Assembly: GCA_000165425.1 (NCBI GenBank)
Contig: CT868341.1
Location: 248,001-312,000, forward strand
Direction: 5' to 3'
Source: Paramecium tetraurelia
Taxonomy: Eukaryota
DNA: 64,000 nucleotides
A model generated the notes under the pieces. The model was not told the origin of the DNA and made no database searches. It was given only the letters and a program-made list of their open reading frames with translations. Positions 43,551-59,192 of the stretch are shown in pieces. The first letter of the stretch is position 1, and each line of letters opens with the position of its first letter. A program made the position numbers and the translations under genes.

Positions 43551-44280
43551 ATGGGAAATTGTTTTAAAGAGTAAACTTCTCGTTCCTCTATTTCTGACTA
43601 TCCAAGAATGGAAATATTTGAGTAAGACTTTTTAGATCAAAAAATATCTCATAAAAGAACTAAGTCTGAATTATTGAGCTAAGTTGAAAGCATTATTATA
43701 AAAGAAGACCCAGAAACAGAATAAGATCAAAATTAATCTGTCGAACTGAATTCGTAATTTCAGATTCAACATAGTGCAACCATAAATTTTGATAGGTTGC
43801 CATTAGGCATCAAGATGGAGAAGCACCACAAAATAAAATTATACAATTTACATACTCAAAGATACTTGCATTCCCATGCAATCAAGCATGAACATAATAA
43901 ATCGAATGAAGTAAGCACTTGTAATAATTGTAATTATGAATATGACTGGTGGCAATTCATATCGATTTAAAATAAAATTCATATTTATCATCCGATCACA
44001 CAATCATATTTAAAATGTTTATTAACTACAAATGACTTGGGAGAAGTAGGTTGTGTATAACATGATATGGATGAATGGTAAATCATTTCAGATGATAGAG
44101 AACTCAAATAATATTCAATTATAAGTTTGTATTATTATATATATAAGAACTTAAACATATAAGTACTGGACTTTATTTGCATACTTAGCCTTATTAAAGT
44201 AAGGTTGAAGATCAGCATATTGTATCTGTCTGTAAACAAGAACTAGCAAATGCTCTTTGGAGAATTGCGGATATGTAATG
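43551..44280 (+). CDS. Hypothetical protein (MGNC N-terminus, Cys-containing C-terminal region)
   Basis: MGNCFKEQTSRSS... open to TGA. Confidence 0.55.
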
Positions 44281-44288
44281 ATTTGTTA

Positions 44289-45190
44289 TTCAATTATTTA
44301 TTCATTTTTTTATTTTATCTATATTTATACTTTCTTTGATAAAACCATGCTTTCAGTTTGTTCTATTACTTCATGGATCAAGATTCCAAGTTCGTATAAG
44401 AATTTGTAATAGTTATCTTAATTTAAAAAGTTAACTATATTCCGAATTGATTAATAGGCTATCTATTGTTTTTATGAGATACAAATCAGCTACTAATTAA
44501 AAAGACTCACAATAATATTACAATTATATATCAGTTTTAAGGTAATATGGTCTAAATACATTTCTGTATCAATCAGTTAATTTCCTTAAAATGCATTCAT
44601 TTTTGTAACTACATTTCCAATCTGAATAAAAATATTATAATAATTAGAAAACTTTAAATTTACCTTTAAATAAATTTTATTTAGTAAATATTTATAGAGA
44701 ATTAATTTATCATTTAAATATTTCTACCATCATGAAGTTTCTGATCAGTTTCTGTCATTATCTAAACCAACTTAAAGTAAATCATCCCATTCTTAATTTT
44801 TAATATAAAAGTTGCTCCTATCATATTTGATGACTCCTATTTCAATCTGAACTAATAAGACTTTGTAAAAGATAATACTTCCAAAAGTATTAGTTCGTAA
44901 CAGTGCATAGATGCTTTAACGAACAAAACTACAGGTTCTTAAGCATTGTAATTGTACTAAAAGATAAAGTTTATTAATAAAATTCCAATATCATTTGTTT
45001 TGGTTTCATTAAAAGGATTAGTTATATAATAAATGATATTTTCTTTCAGTAATATTCTTATTGAAGAAAAATCAAATATTAAAATCTAACTTGTTTATCT
45101 AGCACTACTGAATCCAAATTTTAACATAATCCTAAAGCTCTTTGAATAGAATACCTGAATCTTCTTGGTTATTGTGTTTTATTTAGTCAT
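44289..45190 (-). CDS. Hypothetical protein
   Basis: MTKQNTITKKIQV... code-6 frame; end approximate. Confidence 0.45.
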
Positions 45191-45550
45191 GAGAATTATC
45201 AAATAATTATTTATATTTGTGGGAAATAGACCACAACTTTAATCTATAGCGATAGGGTATTAGTAAAAGGATAAGGTTCTTTTGTTAGTCTGTTATTGGA
45301 GTGAAATGAAACATATAATATTTTTTATTAATATTTTTTGGATTGAGCTTTTGGATCCATAAAAATATTAATATTAAAAGAGTGACAAGAATTGTGAGAA
45401 TTGAACTTATGACAATATCATATTTATAGAATATATGAAAAAATTAAATGCGCGCCGATTTGTGAGCATATATATCTGAAATTCAAAAAAAAGAAGAAAA
45501 ATTTATCATATAGTTTTTTTTTTACCTTTTTGTCCCTTATTATTTTATAA

Positions 45551-48500
45551 ATGAGTGATTTAGAAAGTGAGAATGACCCAACCAATAGACAATCAGATAG
45601 ACTACGAGAAAAGTAGAAGAGAAAGTATAACATGTTAGTTACATTAGTAGGTACAACTTAATGGAAGAAGAAAACTACCGTGAAGAGTAAAATGGAATTA
45701 GTAATGAAAGACGGTCTGCCAGAGCGATCAAGAGGAATTATGCAGCTACTATGAGTGAGGAAGAAGAGTCAATGAATGAACCAACTTTAGAAAGTGAATC
45801 AAGGCGTATATTCGTTCCTGAGATTGATCAAATTTTGTGGCGAAAAACAGACCAACACACTGGGGATCTGTAATATTTGGTCAAATACAAAAGACCGAAG
45901 CTATTTCCATACCAAAGTGGCTTGATGAATTGATAGTATGTTGAATTTATTCATAATGGTCAGATCCTCAACGAGAAGAATGGGAAGTAGAAAATCAATC
46001 GATTCAATAAAGTGTTTGATAAACGCATTATGGAGGAATTTGAGGAAGTTGTTGATGCTCAATATTTTGATCCAGCATTTCAAGAAGTCGATCGAGTATT
46101 ATCATGTACAGAAATATTTCCTATTGTCCATCCTAAAAAAGGATCCGAAATGAAAGGTAAATGGGCAGAGAGTCTAACCAAAGTGATGTCTCATTTACTC
46201 AATTTCAGTAGGAATCAAGTTCATTATGGAGTATACTTTTTGGAAAGCAAAGCAATCCTTGATTTTGGCACCATAAATAATCGTTTATATTTGGGATAGT
46301 ACAAGACTAACAATGACTTTTGGAATGAATTGGGAACAGTATTTAGAAGTGCCTATCAAGAATATTAAGAAAATAGTGAAATGAAATAAATCAGTGATAC
46401 TTTGAGAGAATGTGCAATTGTACTCTACAATTAATGGTATGAAGAAGCCAAAAAGAATTATGAATAAAAGTAATCACAATAGAGATATATCAATGAGGAT
46501 GCATACAAAAGTAAAGTAAATGATGCACACAGAAATGAAATCATGCCTGAATTGAAGAAGGAGAAAATCAATGAATTAGTGCTTAATGTCCTAAATATCA
46601 TCGATGAGAAATAATACACTATTCAAGAGAATCTGCCTGAAATCGAATCAATCATATCAGATAAATTGAATCTAAAATTAGAAATCAAGAGTGAGGACAT
46701 TTTCGATCTCGAAGATTATCTCAAATCCTAACTCTAGACTAAAGACATTGATGTTGCTTAAGAAATGCAATTGGAAATGTTAGATTTCCAACAACAAATG
46801 GATAATGTTGATCCGGACATCGAAGCTTGGAATCCAGGAGATAAATCTTTTGATTGGTTACAATTAGATTCCGACGACATCTAAACCTTAACTGAATCAG
46901 AAATCCTCAAGTTGTCTTAAGAACCCGATCGTCTCTACTTAGTGAAATGGAAACACTTATCTTATTTAGAAGCCACATGGGAACCTGAATCTTTGATAGA
47001 TTGCAGATAAAAGATTTAAGAATTTAAGTAATTCAATAGAAGTTTGGATAAAGAAACAAGGAATCTCATGATGTAATAGAATTCTAATCATAAAACACTC
47101 GTAGATTTTGAACAAGGACTTCGAAAAAAGAAATTATCCAATCACTAAATCAGTGAGATTAGAAATTAATTGTATTTCTTGAATCAAAGAAAACCACCTC
47201 ATGAATATACCTAACTTACACAAACTATTTATAAGGATAGAAGATTATTAAGAGACTATCAACTTGATAGTTTGAACTGGCTAATTAGAGCTTGGTATGA
47301 GGATAGGAATGTTATCTTGGCTGATGAAATGGGACTTGGTAAAACTATACAAACTATTTCATTTTTAAATCACTTATACAATTTTGAAAACTATAGAGGA
47401 CCCTTTTTAATCATAGCACCCTTATCCACATTGTAACATTGGAAACGTACTGTTGAGGAATGGACTAATTTGAATGCTGTTCTCTATTATGATCAAGAAA
47501 GCACTGCTGGAAGGACATAGTGTAGACAATATGAATTCTTCTACACTGATATTAGCATGAAAGGCATTGTGCTTTAAGCCTCGGAAATCTATAAGTTTTA
47601 GATATTAATTACCAGTTATGAAGTCTTCATGCAAGACTTCTAAACCATATTCATTAATATACCATTTCAATATATTGTAGTAGATGAGGCACACAAATTA
47701 AAAAATTCAAATGCAAGAATTTTGTAATCTTTAAAAAAACTTTGTTGCTAAAGAACATTATTATTGACTGGAACTCCTATTTAGAATAATACTGAAGAAT
47801 TATTTAGTTTACTCAATTTCATTGAACCGTATTCATTTTCTAACTTAACGAGTTTTAAAAGAGAATATGGATAATTGGAGACCTCTGATTAAGTGGAAAA
47901 ATTGAATGTTCTGCTTAAACCATTCATTTTGAGACGACAGAAGGAGGATGTAGAATAGATGATACCTCCTTTGTAAGAAACTATTATAGATATTGAAATG
48001 ACTACTATATAAAAACACATATACAAAGCACTTTATGAAAGAAATAAGTCAATGTTGGAACAGGGATTTTCTTAGTGGGCTGCCAATGCTGCTTCATTAA
48101 ATAACTTAGAAATTCAACTTCGAAAATGTTGTAATCATCCGTATTTAATCTAAGAAATGTAGAATGATTTGACAAAGGAATGTTAAAACAAAAATGATTA
48201 TATTAATAAATTAGTAGAGAGTTCAGGGAAAATGATTCTGTTGGATAAGTTATTGAATAAATTTAGAAATGAAGGCAAGAAAATGTTGATCTTTTCATAA
48301 TTTACAATGATGTTATCTATTTTGGAAGAGTACTTAAAATTTAGATAAGTGAAGTATGAAAAGATAGATGGGCAGATAAAGGCAAGAGAAAGATAGAATG
48401 CCATAGATAGATTTAATGATCCTTCGAAAAAGAGAGAAGTATTTCTATTGTCTACAAAAGCAGGGGGATAAGGTATCAATTTGACAGCTGCTGAAATAGT

Positions 48501-50644
48501 AGTGATTTATGATTCTGATTGGAATCCCTAAAATGATGTTTAAGCAACAGCTAGAGCTCATAGAATTGGATAATCAAAAGAAGTCACTGTTTATAGATTG
48601 ATTACTAAGGATACTTATGAAGCAGAGATGTTCGAAAGAGCAATCAAAAAATTAGGATTAGATTAAGCTATATTTATGAGTGGACAATTCAAATCATGTG
48701 AAAGTTCATTCAAAAATAACAAGAATGATAAAAAGATGAGTAAATAAGATATGGAAGTGTTATTGAAAAATGGAATCATAGGTCTATTAAGTAACAATTA
48801 AATGGGAGATACATTTTAAGAAAAGAACATTGATGAAATATTAGAAAAGAATTCAAGAACTGCCAAATACTCTCTGATTAATGGATCCTATACAGTTTCG
48901 AAGTAGTCATTTGTTTCTGAGAAAACAGATAAGTCAATAAGTATTCAAGATCCAAATTTTTGGAAAATCATATTAAAAAGCCAGGAAAGCAGATGTTAGA
49001 AATTAATTAAATTATTTGATATACATATGTCATTGTAAGAATAGAAGAAATATATGGAGGAAGTAGGGGATTGTGTTAATTCATTAATAGAATCCAAATT
49101 AAGTTAATCTAATTATAGCACTGATGATGAATAAATATTAACAGATTTGTTGAATAAAATTAATTCATCAAATTATGCCAAAAATTATAGAGAATTAGCA
49201 ATGAATTGGATATATGAATTGAGTAAACCTTCAAGGAGAATCAAGAAATTGACAGACATGGATTTGGGTAGAAAATAATAAAGGACAGTTGAAAATTCAA
49301 GGGGAAGATGCTAGAAGATTGGCATCAAAAAGCAAGGAAGAATTAATTAAGAAACTGTGTTATGTGTGTGAAAGACCTAATTGTTCTGTGTTCTGTATGG
49401 GACATTGCAGAAGAGCCTTCCATATAGCTTGCAAGGATCTATTGGAAACAACAGAATATATCAATATTGAGGGTCCTGATTAAGACTTTCTAAATAATCA
49501 TTCATTTCCTGAACTCAATTGGAGTGAAGAATAATTGAAGGAAAATGTCAATATTAGATATTCTTGTCCTGATTGCAGAAACTGTCTAGTAGTGTGTTTA
49601 TTGTGTAAATCAAAAGGAACATATCCTCCTGAGAAGAAATAGAAAGAAGAAGTTATAGCTTCATCTGATGAAAATGATCCTCTCGAAGATAATGTGAAGA
49701 AAATCAAAAATAAGTCAGCCATTTCAAAATGTTCAACAGCTAATTGTAATAGATACTTTCATTTGAGTTGTATATAGGCTAATCCATTGTCTAAGACTCT
49801 GGATTCAAATGTTGAATTATTTAGATGTCCCTCTCATGTTTGTGTATTCTGTAAGGTTAATTCTTCTAATACAACAACAGCCTTAATCCATTGTGTTAGA
49901 TGTTGTAGATCATTTCATAGTAAATGTGCACCTCCTGAAGTGAAATCTAAAACTTAGAAGATTGGAAAGAAGGTTATGATCTGTGATTTGTGTGCCAAGC
50001 AAAAGGAGGAAAAATTCGAAGGAAAGATGATAGTCAAAATATCAATTAAAGGATATTAAAAGAAATAAAAATAAGCAAAATTGGATTTTAAATAATTTGG
50101 AACCACAGCCAGAACCAGAAGAATTTATGAGAAAAAAAATGAAACCATGCCCAGTGATAGAAGGTAATTGGATTCCAGTAGAAGCAATAGTGAAGAAAAG
50201 ATTGTCAAGAAAGTCTAAAGGAAACAATTCAAATAAGATATTCATCCTTATTCTTATGAAGAACTGGGAATCATTCCAGTCAAGCACTTTGACTATTCCA
50301 AATACACTAATGTAATATATATCCTCTATTGACTTAGGATTGGTGTAAATATTGTGGTGCAAGGTTTGCATCTAATTTTACTAAAGGCCCTTGGGGTTCC
50401 AGAACTCTGTGCACTATCCACTACATCAATTGGGGACAGAAGAAGCAACTAGATCTATCGGAACATATCGAATTGCCTAAAAGCCCAATCAATAGAGATG
50501 ATCCTACTGAACTCCAATTCCTACAAAGGTTAAAATTGTTTTATTTATTCTTTTAGATAAAAAGCAAAAGATCCTAACTTCGACCCCAGAAAAGAACTTA
50601 ACATCTACAATGACGAGTAGTACCAAATATTTAACAATGACTGA
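45551..50644 (+). CDS. CHD-family (CHD6-9/Kismet-like) chromatin remodeler with chromodomains, bromo-like insert, SNF2 ATPase, PHD fingers and a C-terminal GATA-like finger
   Basis: [92 protein letters not shown]; Cys/His clusters at 49357-49995. Confidence 0.93.
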
Positions 50645-50726
50645 ATCATGTATAATTATGACAAGAGCTGCTAAATTTGGTTCTCTTATAGCCACAATTT
50701 AATTTTATCTTATATTTATATATTGC

Positions 50727-51103
50727 TCAATTGTTAGCAAGGTATGCTATGAGGTCGGCTCTTTCTTATTCGTTTTCGAGACCAGCGAAAGCCATCTTTG
50801 TACCTACAACATACTTTGAAGGATTCTTCAAAAACACAAACAAGTGCTTTTCAGACCAATTGAATCCTGCACCCTTCATACCCTTAGAATATGGGAATTG
50901 AGTTGATCCAGCCTTTCTTCCTAAAAGTCCTCTAACCATTATTAATAAAGGGTTTACCCTAAGGTTGGTGCTGATGCAGTCTTGTCATCTCCTTCAAAAG
51001 CGTGACAGGCAGCACATTATTAATCAAAGATATCTCTTCCTTTTGCTGCATCTCCATTTGGAACATTGACATTTGGCTCTTGGATTGTCTTCTTGGGAGG
51101 CAT
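50727..51103 (-). CDS. CYC: Cytochrome c
   Basis: GDAAKGRDIF..QCAACH, GRKAG, NPSKYVVGTKMAFAGL...ERADLIAYL; 26-nt intron 50932-50957. Confidence 0.96.
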
Positions 51104-51420
51104 ATCTGTAAAATAATTTAATTTTAATTTCAAAATGATCCGTGTACGCATTGGTATATATACATTTATCATGTATAAATCTTTATGTGAACTAAAGTAG
51201 GAAACAAGTTGAGTTGGGTTATCTAATTTTTAATTAAGCAAAGACAATAATGATAGAGGAAATGAATTTAAAATTTCTAAACTTACTTCTCTTAAGAAAT
51301 TAAGTATTCTCAGAAATCTAGACTTGATAAGTCTACTTAAAAGTTTATTATGATTTTAAATATACAGACTATGTCTTATAAATCAAATATAAGAATATTA
51401 AATCAAGATATTTAATAATA

Positions 51421-54400
51421 TCATAATAATTCTATAAAGAATTATAATAATAAAAAGTAGGAGATTTTTAAATCTATCATAGACGAGAGTACATAAATCT
51501 CAATATTTGATTGACAAAGGTTGATGTACGATTCTAAATTACTTTATACTATATTATAGATATCATAATTCATCTCTTCATGCATTAATTAAACTTTTTA
51601 TTCAACTTCAATTAAAAGCTATGATATTCTGATTCCAGACTCTTTAACATTCTATTAGTGATCCTGAATCTTGATAGAATTGTTTTTTTGATTGATACAT
51701 CGGCTTTAATCGATTTATCAAATTTCTGCATATATTAAATTAACTCTTATTCTGTACTGATACTAAACATCTCAGATTTTATCAATTGTCCTAAATAATG
51801 AAGTATCTCATCAAACTCAAGGTTAAGTATTTACTATTGAATCAATGAAAATATATAAAATGTCGCTTTATAAAATCCTATGTTAGTACTCACTGTTACC
51901 TTTCCATTCTTCTGCTAAAAATAAGTCCCATATAACATTCAAAAGGGCTGATCTCTAACTGTATTGAAATACATTTGAGTATAAAGTAATAAACCAAGAA
52001 GCCACATAATAGGAGGCATCAATTTTCTAATCTTTCAAATGTGAAGATAATTCAGGCAAGAAGATACATAGTAATCTTTCAAATGCATAAAATCCAGTTT
52101 TCTATTATATTGATTATTGACTTTACCAATTTTGAAAAATCATTAATATATAATTCTTTGAAATAGAGATTCATCATTCTATCAAAAGCCTTATATGCAA
52201 TTTCCTAATCCTAATAAGTCAAATACAAATATCCAGCTATGTAATTCATACCTTAGCAATATCCAACTTCCTAATTGTAAAACGCATAGATTCTTAATAA
52301 ACTTTAAAGAACATTTGAATTAATTTTGTCTTTATGAATGTGAAGACTTCTCTAAACATCCAACTTAATAGTTTCTTCATAGAGATTATTAATATCCATC
52401 TCGATTCCTACTTTTGTTTTCATATCAACATAATCAATGTTCAATTATTTCAATTTTAAAGCCTAAGACATTAATCTCAATCTCAATTAATGAGTGGATT
52501 CATCTGAAAACACTTAAGAATTGCCCAAATAGAATTTCTTAATTTTATGTTTCAACTATCTATTAAAATTGCCATTAAGAGTTAGTAACTTTTATGGTTG
52601 ATCTTGAATGGATAAAAATCTAATAATAAAACAATCCTTACTTTAAACATGCTCCACATCCTTAGATCACCTTATTCTCATAAATGTATAATTATTTTCT
52701 CTCATATTTTTCAGTTTTGTGAGTTAAAACTACTTTACCTGATTTGAAAAATTTCTTCCATTAGGTGTTATGAAAATCTTCTTATTTTTCTAATAATTTA
52801 ACCACATGATCTTTATCAATTTATTATTATTATGAAGCTATTTAAATAATTATTTCTGCAGATAATTCTGAAGGTAATTTTAGAGAATAGATGAACAGAT
52901 TTATTTCATCTAATATCATATAACAGATTTCACTTTCATTTACTTCCATCATATTAGATTATTGAGATCCAAAGTTCTTGATCATTGATAGTCCTTTGCC
53001 AATAATTCTTACACCTTTTTTTAAAATAGTGCTTTAGGTTTACTACATGATTGATTGAGCTTGCTTTCTCTTTTCATCAACTTTCTTGGCACTAATAAAC
53101 TAAAATAGTTCTATCCATCTATCAACTTTAGTCCATAGAGGAATATCTGATAATTATGAGGCCAGATTAACTCTCTCTTTTCCATCTATTCTAACAATTC
53201 TGATTGCCTTTAATAATAAATCATAGATATCTTCTGATTCATAGATTTCATTCAAATCAACATAATTTAACCAATGCCTAATTAATTATAACAATTCCAT
53301 AAACTATTCTGTCGTTAATGTTAAATAGAATCCTATGATAAATTGTTGATTTACTTGCTTATTTTTCCTAATATGATTTAGTATGTAATTTATTTAACTA
53401 ATTAATAAAATAGTTTCTGCCTGCAGATTTCTAAAGAATCTACTTAATTTTTATTATTTATTCGCATTTATCTGAAAGATCAATTTAAAATAATGATGAT
53501 AAATATTTATCTACCAGCTTTTTCTCTTCTTCTGAGATTTTATCACCCACAATTGTCCATTAACTCTATACTTATTATAATGGGTGGACTTAATCATGAT
53601 TTTGGTGATTCTTCTTCCACTATTCATAACTTACAAATTCTTCATATGAAAATTTAAATGCTATGATATTAAATAGATTTGTTACAGCCCTCTTGAATTT
53701 GCATTCTTTTTTCAATCAACTTTCTAATGGGTATCTTTTGATCTGATTTCAATTTAAGTTCTAAATCTGATATTTTTTCTTCAAATTATGATTAATCCTA
53801 ATCAAAAGGCAATAATTTTAACAATGAACTAACAGTCTACTTAGTAAACATGATTCTATATTATGTCTTATGTTCTACCTACTCTATTCATTTAAACCAA
53901 CATTGGTAAATATGGAATCCCATTCTTAATGAAACTATTTCCACCTTTCATTTGTGATTAATAATAATTTCTTATAATCCTTCTCCATTCCATCTGCCAA
54001 TTCCTGAATTCTGAGAGAATTATTAAATAATTTTTGGAAATCCTCCTTTGTTGCATTACCTTTTTCAATATGATCTATCATTTATTATGCCTATTCAGAT
54101 TTCTACTCAAACAATTTCATCAATCTCCAATATTCCTCTTATGTTTTACACATCTCCTTTCTTGTTTCTATTATTTCTGCTACTTGCTTTTTGGATTCAC
54201 TATTCAAACTTCTATTCGTTTATCTGAAATTCACAACAAATTAAGTGTAAGGCTCTGCAATCTCACTCTTAATTTTTTGAGCTGTATTATCCCAATTTTA
54301 TGATAATCTTAATAAGTAATTGCTCACTTATTGATATAAGCAAACTAAGATATCTGGTTCATTTCCACTGCTAATCTAAGAGTGAAATTTTTATCCAATA

Positions 54401-54570
54401 CTTGAGATTGCTGAACTAAAATCAAGGAGGCATGCGATCAATTCTGCAAACTTTTAATTATTTCATATATTTACAATCTTCTCAACTCCTGTTACATTTT
54501 AAGTTAACCCAACCATATATTCATACAGTTTGTGTTACTGGAGATTAAAGTACTCAATAGTATGATTCAT
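51421..54570 (-). CDS. TBC (Rab-GAP) domain protein with a long helical, F-BAR-like N-terminus
   Basis: IKLDVQRS, QEVGYCQGMNYIAG, YVASWFITLY, IWDLF; coiled N-terminus. Confidence 0.85.
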
Positions 54571-54905
54571 ATCAATTAAATATATTAAAACAAATATAAA
54601 CTAAATAATAAAAAATTCCATAATATCTATTTACCAATTAGGTTATTAAAAATAATTATAGAAAATATACTCCCACATTCATATTAATAAAAAATACACT
54701 AAATTTAAATACATAATTGGAGTCCAAATCTATTATCATTTTCTAATAAATGAATGTTAAACTAACTGTCTATTAATGAAGTTTAGGGTTCCTTAATAAA
54801 ATAGTATAGAATAAATAAAATATCTTCAAAATGATTAAAGTTATCATATTAGTTTATTTTATTTAAAATAATAGATAATTGGATATAATATTTTTAATAA
54901 TAATA

Positions 54906-57134
54906 TCAATTGACATCCTCTTAAATAGGCCTTATGTGATTTTTTTGAACGGTGGATAATTCACTTTTCTCTAACTCTTCAATTTCTCTCAGCAATTTAA
55001 TTTAGAGAGCCTCGTAATATTTTTATTATCTTGATAACCTAAGTTATACAACCATATCTAATGATGATTATTGTTATGATAAACTATTCAAATGATTTTC
55101 ATTGACGACTGGATTATATTTAGGGTATAAGTCATTATTTTAAAGGCTACTTACTAAATCTAAATTTGTTTTATTAGTTTATGTTCGCTTTTTAAATAGC
55201 AATTCAGGTTTAATCCAAAATAAATATATTAAAATAATACATTTAGCATAATATATATAGTTGAATGCTTAGTTAGAGGTATAACCCAAGTAAGTAATCT
55301 TAATAATTTGAGTGGATCCTAACTAACTTGCAATCACCATGAATGTCATTATTTTAGATAATCTATATTTAAATTGAATCTTTTGATTAGTTCCATTATT
55401 TATAAATTAATACTTATTTAACCAGTAGATAATCAAAAGAGATATGAGGGTTATAGGATAACAAATCGGAAACAAATAACCATAATAGCTACATTAAAAA
55501 ACCAAAATAGTTAGATCAACTCTCTTTTTATTAAAATTAAGTTTTTTTGAAAATAATTTATTAGCCTCAAATTATGTTAAATTTGATCCTTTATTGAAAT
55601 ATTTGTAATAAATGATTTTTATTAATTTCCAAGCTTGTCCAATATCCATTATAGTAAATAATATCTATAAACCTGCATTTACTAAAATAATCATAATGAT
55701 ATCTTCGCTTAACCCACCAGATCTCCACAATTTTTCTTATCTAGTACCTTCACCAGAGTAAACAGCAACAAATATTGGGGGTCCCAAATAAAACATTATA
55801 CATATGATAACTTCGTTCATTTATAAATATTATTTCCAATATTGACGCTTTGAATCTTAGAAACTTTATTTGACATAATTGTGAATAGTGTGAATACAAA
55901 TTTTTGAAGAAAGAAATAAAATGAGAGCAGTTACCAAACTCAATAGTGTATTTATTTAGTATTAATCTTAACTTTTTCCAGGATTTGACAAAATGTAATC
56001 ATTTTTAGCAACTTCAATTGCAATATTAGGTAACCATCCACATAATGCAATTGCAGTCTTGATTAATTGTAATTTAGGGTTACCATTCGATCTAATTTTC
56101 TTCCATATTACATCTGAAGGTCTTGGACATTGTTCCAAGCAAAAGTTCCTTTTAAACTATTTTTTAAAATTAATAGCTTCTTACTAAAATAAAACTAAAT
56201 TTATTACTTAATCAGAAAGAGTTATATATACACTACCTGTGAACTTCAAATATTTTTTGCTATTACTCATCGTATAAAATTAATTTACTGTCTTCCTTAA
56301 AATATCTTACAACGACCTATCTATTAATTTAATGGTTAACCTTCGTGATTTTTCTTTTTTGTAGACCTCTCTTATTTACAATTTCAGTTCATTCTCCAAG
56401 TGATAAATGTCATAAATTAAACAACAATCAATAATATTATATTGAAAAGGGATTGATTCCAACATGCCATTTCTAAAATGTTCTAATATTGTATTTCTTT
56501 TCCATTAAGTATTTATGGATGAAATTTTTAAGGAGCATATTTGTATTGTTTTTTCACTATCATAATCATGATCCACATTAAAATAATCGTTTGTTTAGTG
56601 TGTTATATATCGGATGAAGACTAATTATACAATAAATGCGATTGCATATAATACATCCAAAACATCGTCTTAATAACTAAGAATTATCTCTATAAAATAC
56701 TTTTCAGGGTCAAATCTATTCAAGATTGACAACTAATTATTCAAATTGTTTTTACAACTTTAATCGTTGATGCATTAATCTCCTTTGCTGTTCTAGATCA
56801 AATTGTATAATCCGGCTATAATGCTATGAAGTAGATATTCTAATTACAAAAGTATGCTTAGTAGTATGAAATAGGTTTTCAATAATTTAAAGTATTTGTA
56901 TGAGGTGCCACAATTGCTGAACACATTTACATCAACAAGAATCGGATACTTTATTGTTTATACTGGTAAATAACAACAAGGACATCTATTTGAGTTATTT
57001 ACTATTTCTCTATGGATAATCTGAGCTTTCTTTAGTTTAAATTATCCATTTACATTATGATAATGAGCCGTTTCAAAATTTGGTGGGGATTTTAATAAAT
57101 TTTCTCCAAGCATGAAATCATATGGATCTTCCAT
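54906..57134 (-). CDS. OSCA/CSC1/TMEM63-like multipass mechanosensitive or calcium-permeable channel
   Basis: N-terminal CPCC, many hydrophobic segments, EQCPRPSDVIWEEN (APEPxDIxWEN-like). Confidence 0.7.
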
Positions 57135-57576
57135 TTTGATTACTTATCTTTATCTTGAAAATAATTAAAAGGTTTAAAATGTTAAATTTATATTAGAATC
57201 AATAAAATTTAATATTATGCTAAGCCGAAAATGTTATCTTAAATGAGGTTTTTGCTATTCAGATGGCACATAAATCTAGGAGGTGTGTCTTTATTTATAG
57301 TTTCAGTTATTGTATAAGTAGTTCGCTTGTTTTCTAGTTGAAATTAAGCCAGGAAGATCAAAATATAAAATATTTGTATTTGCTGAAGTGTATTAACTGT
57401 GCTATTAATCTTTTGAACAATGACTCATATCTAAATAGAATCATAATTTACTTTTAATAGATATTATGATATTAATAAATAAAATTAATTTTATAAAAAT
57501 ATATATATTATGATATTTTAGTTATCATTTATTAAAATTTTTCAATAATTCTTTGAATATATTAATAATTATATAA

Positions 57577-58543
<967 letters not shown>

Positions 58544-58583
58544 AAATATATTATATAATTGCTATTTAATCTATAATAAATCA

Positions 58584-59033
58584 TCATAAGTTGTATTTCT
58601 TTTAGCATTCTTTGAAAATGTCCATATATGGTTGACATCTTGTGATATCTTGGTTAGTTTGTAAACACTAAAAATTTAATTTAAAATCTTACATTCGAAA
58701 ACATTTGACTCTCACTCGAACAAGTTTATTATTGTTATTAAGGAGCTTATTGTTGGGTTTATTATTCAGCTGGTTGAGAATGACCTATTTAAATTACATT
58801 TAAATCATACTTGATCCACCCATGACTGATCTAATTGCTTAATGAGCTACTTCTGAACCTGCTCCAAAGGCCATTCCTTACATCAAAGTTGATCCAAGTC
58901 CTGAAAGCATACCTCCAGATTTTGCTGGAGTTTAGAGAGGAGCTTAAGCTTATGGAGCTGGTCTTGCAGCTGTAGCAGTGCTTCTTGATGGGCTAGCTGT
59001 TGATCTTGATGCTGATCCACTTCTTCTTGGCAT
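58584..59033 (-). CDS. CHCHD2/CHCHD10 (Mix17)-like mitochondrial twin-CX9C protein
   Basis: MPRRSGSASRS..., GMAFGAGSEVAHQAIRSVMGG, C-terminal CX9C...CX9C. Confidence 0.9.
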
Positions 59034-59192
59034 TTTGAAAACTTTTTTATTAAAATTATTAATGAAATATTTTTAAGATTCATGGAACAATTTAAAATAG
59101 GTGAATTAATTACCTTAAATTAAATTTTATCAGAACAATTATTTTCTAGATATTTCTTAAGCAATATAAATTTAATTTAATATAACCATTTT

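Noticed and set aside
49255..49295. Programmed ribosomal frameshift at AAA-TAA in the CHD gene (Euplotes-like)
   Set aside because: TAA is Gln here, and similar 1-nt indels occur in Snu13, the DEAD-box gene and PSS, which points to consensus errors.
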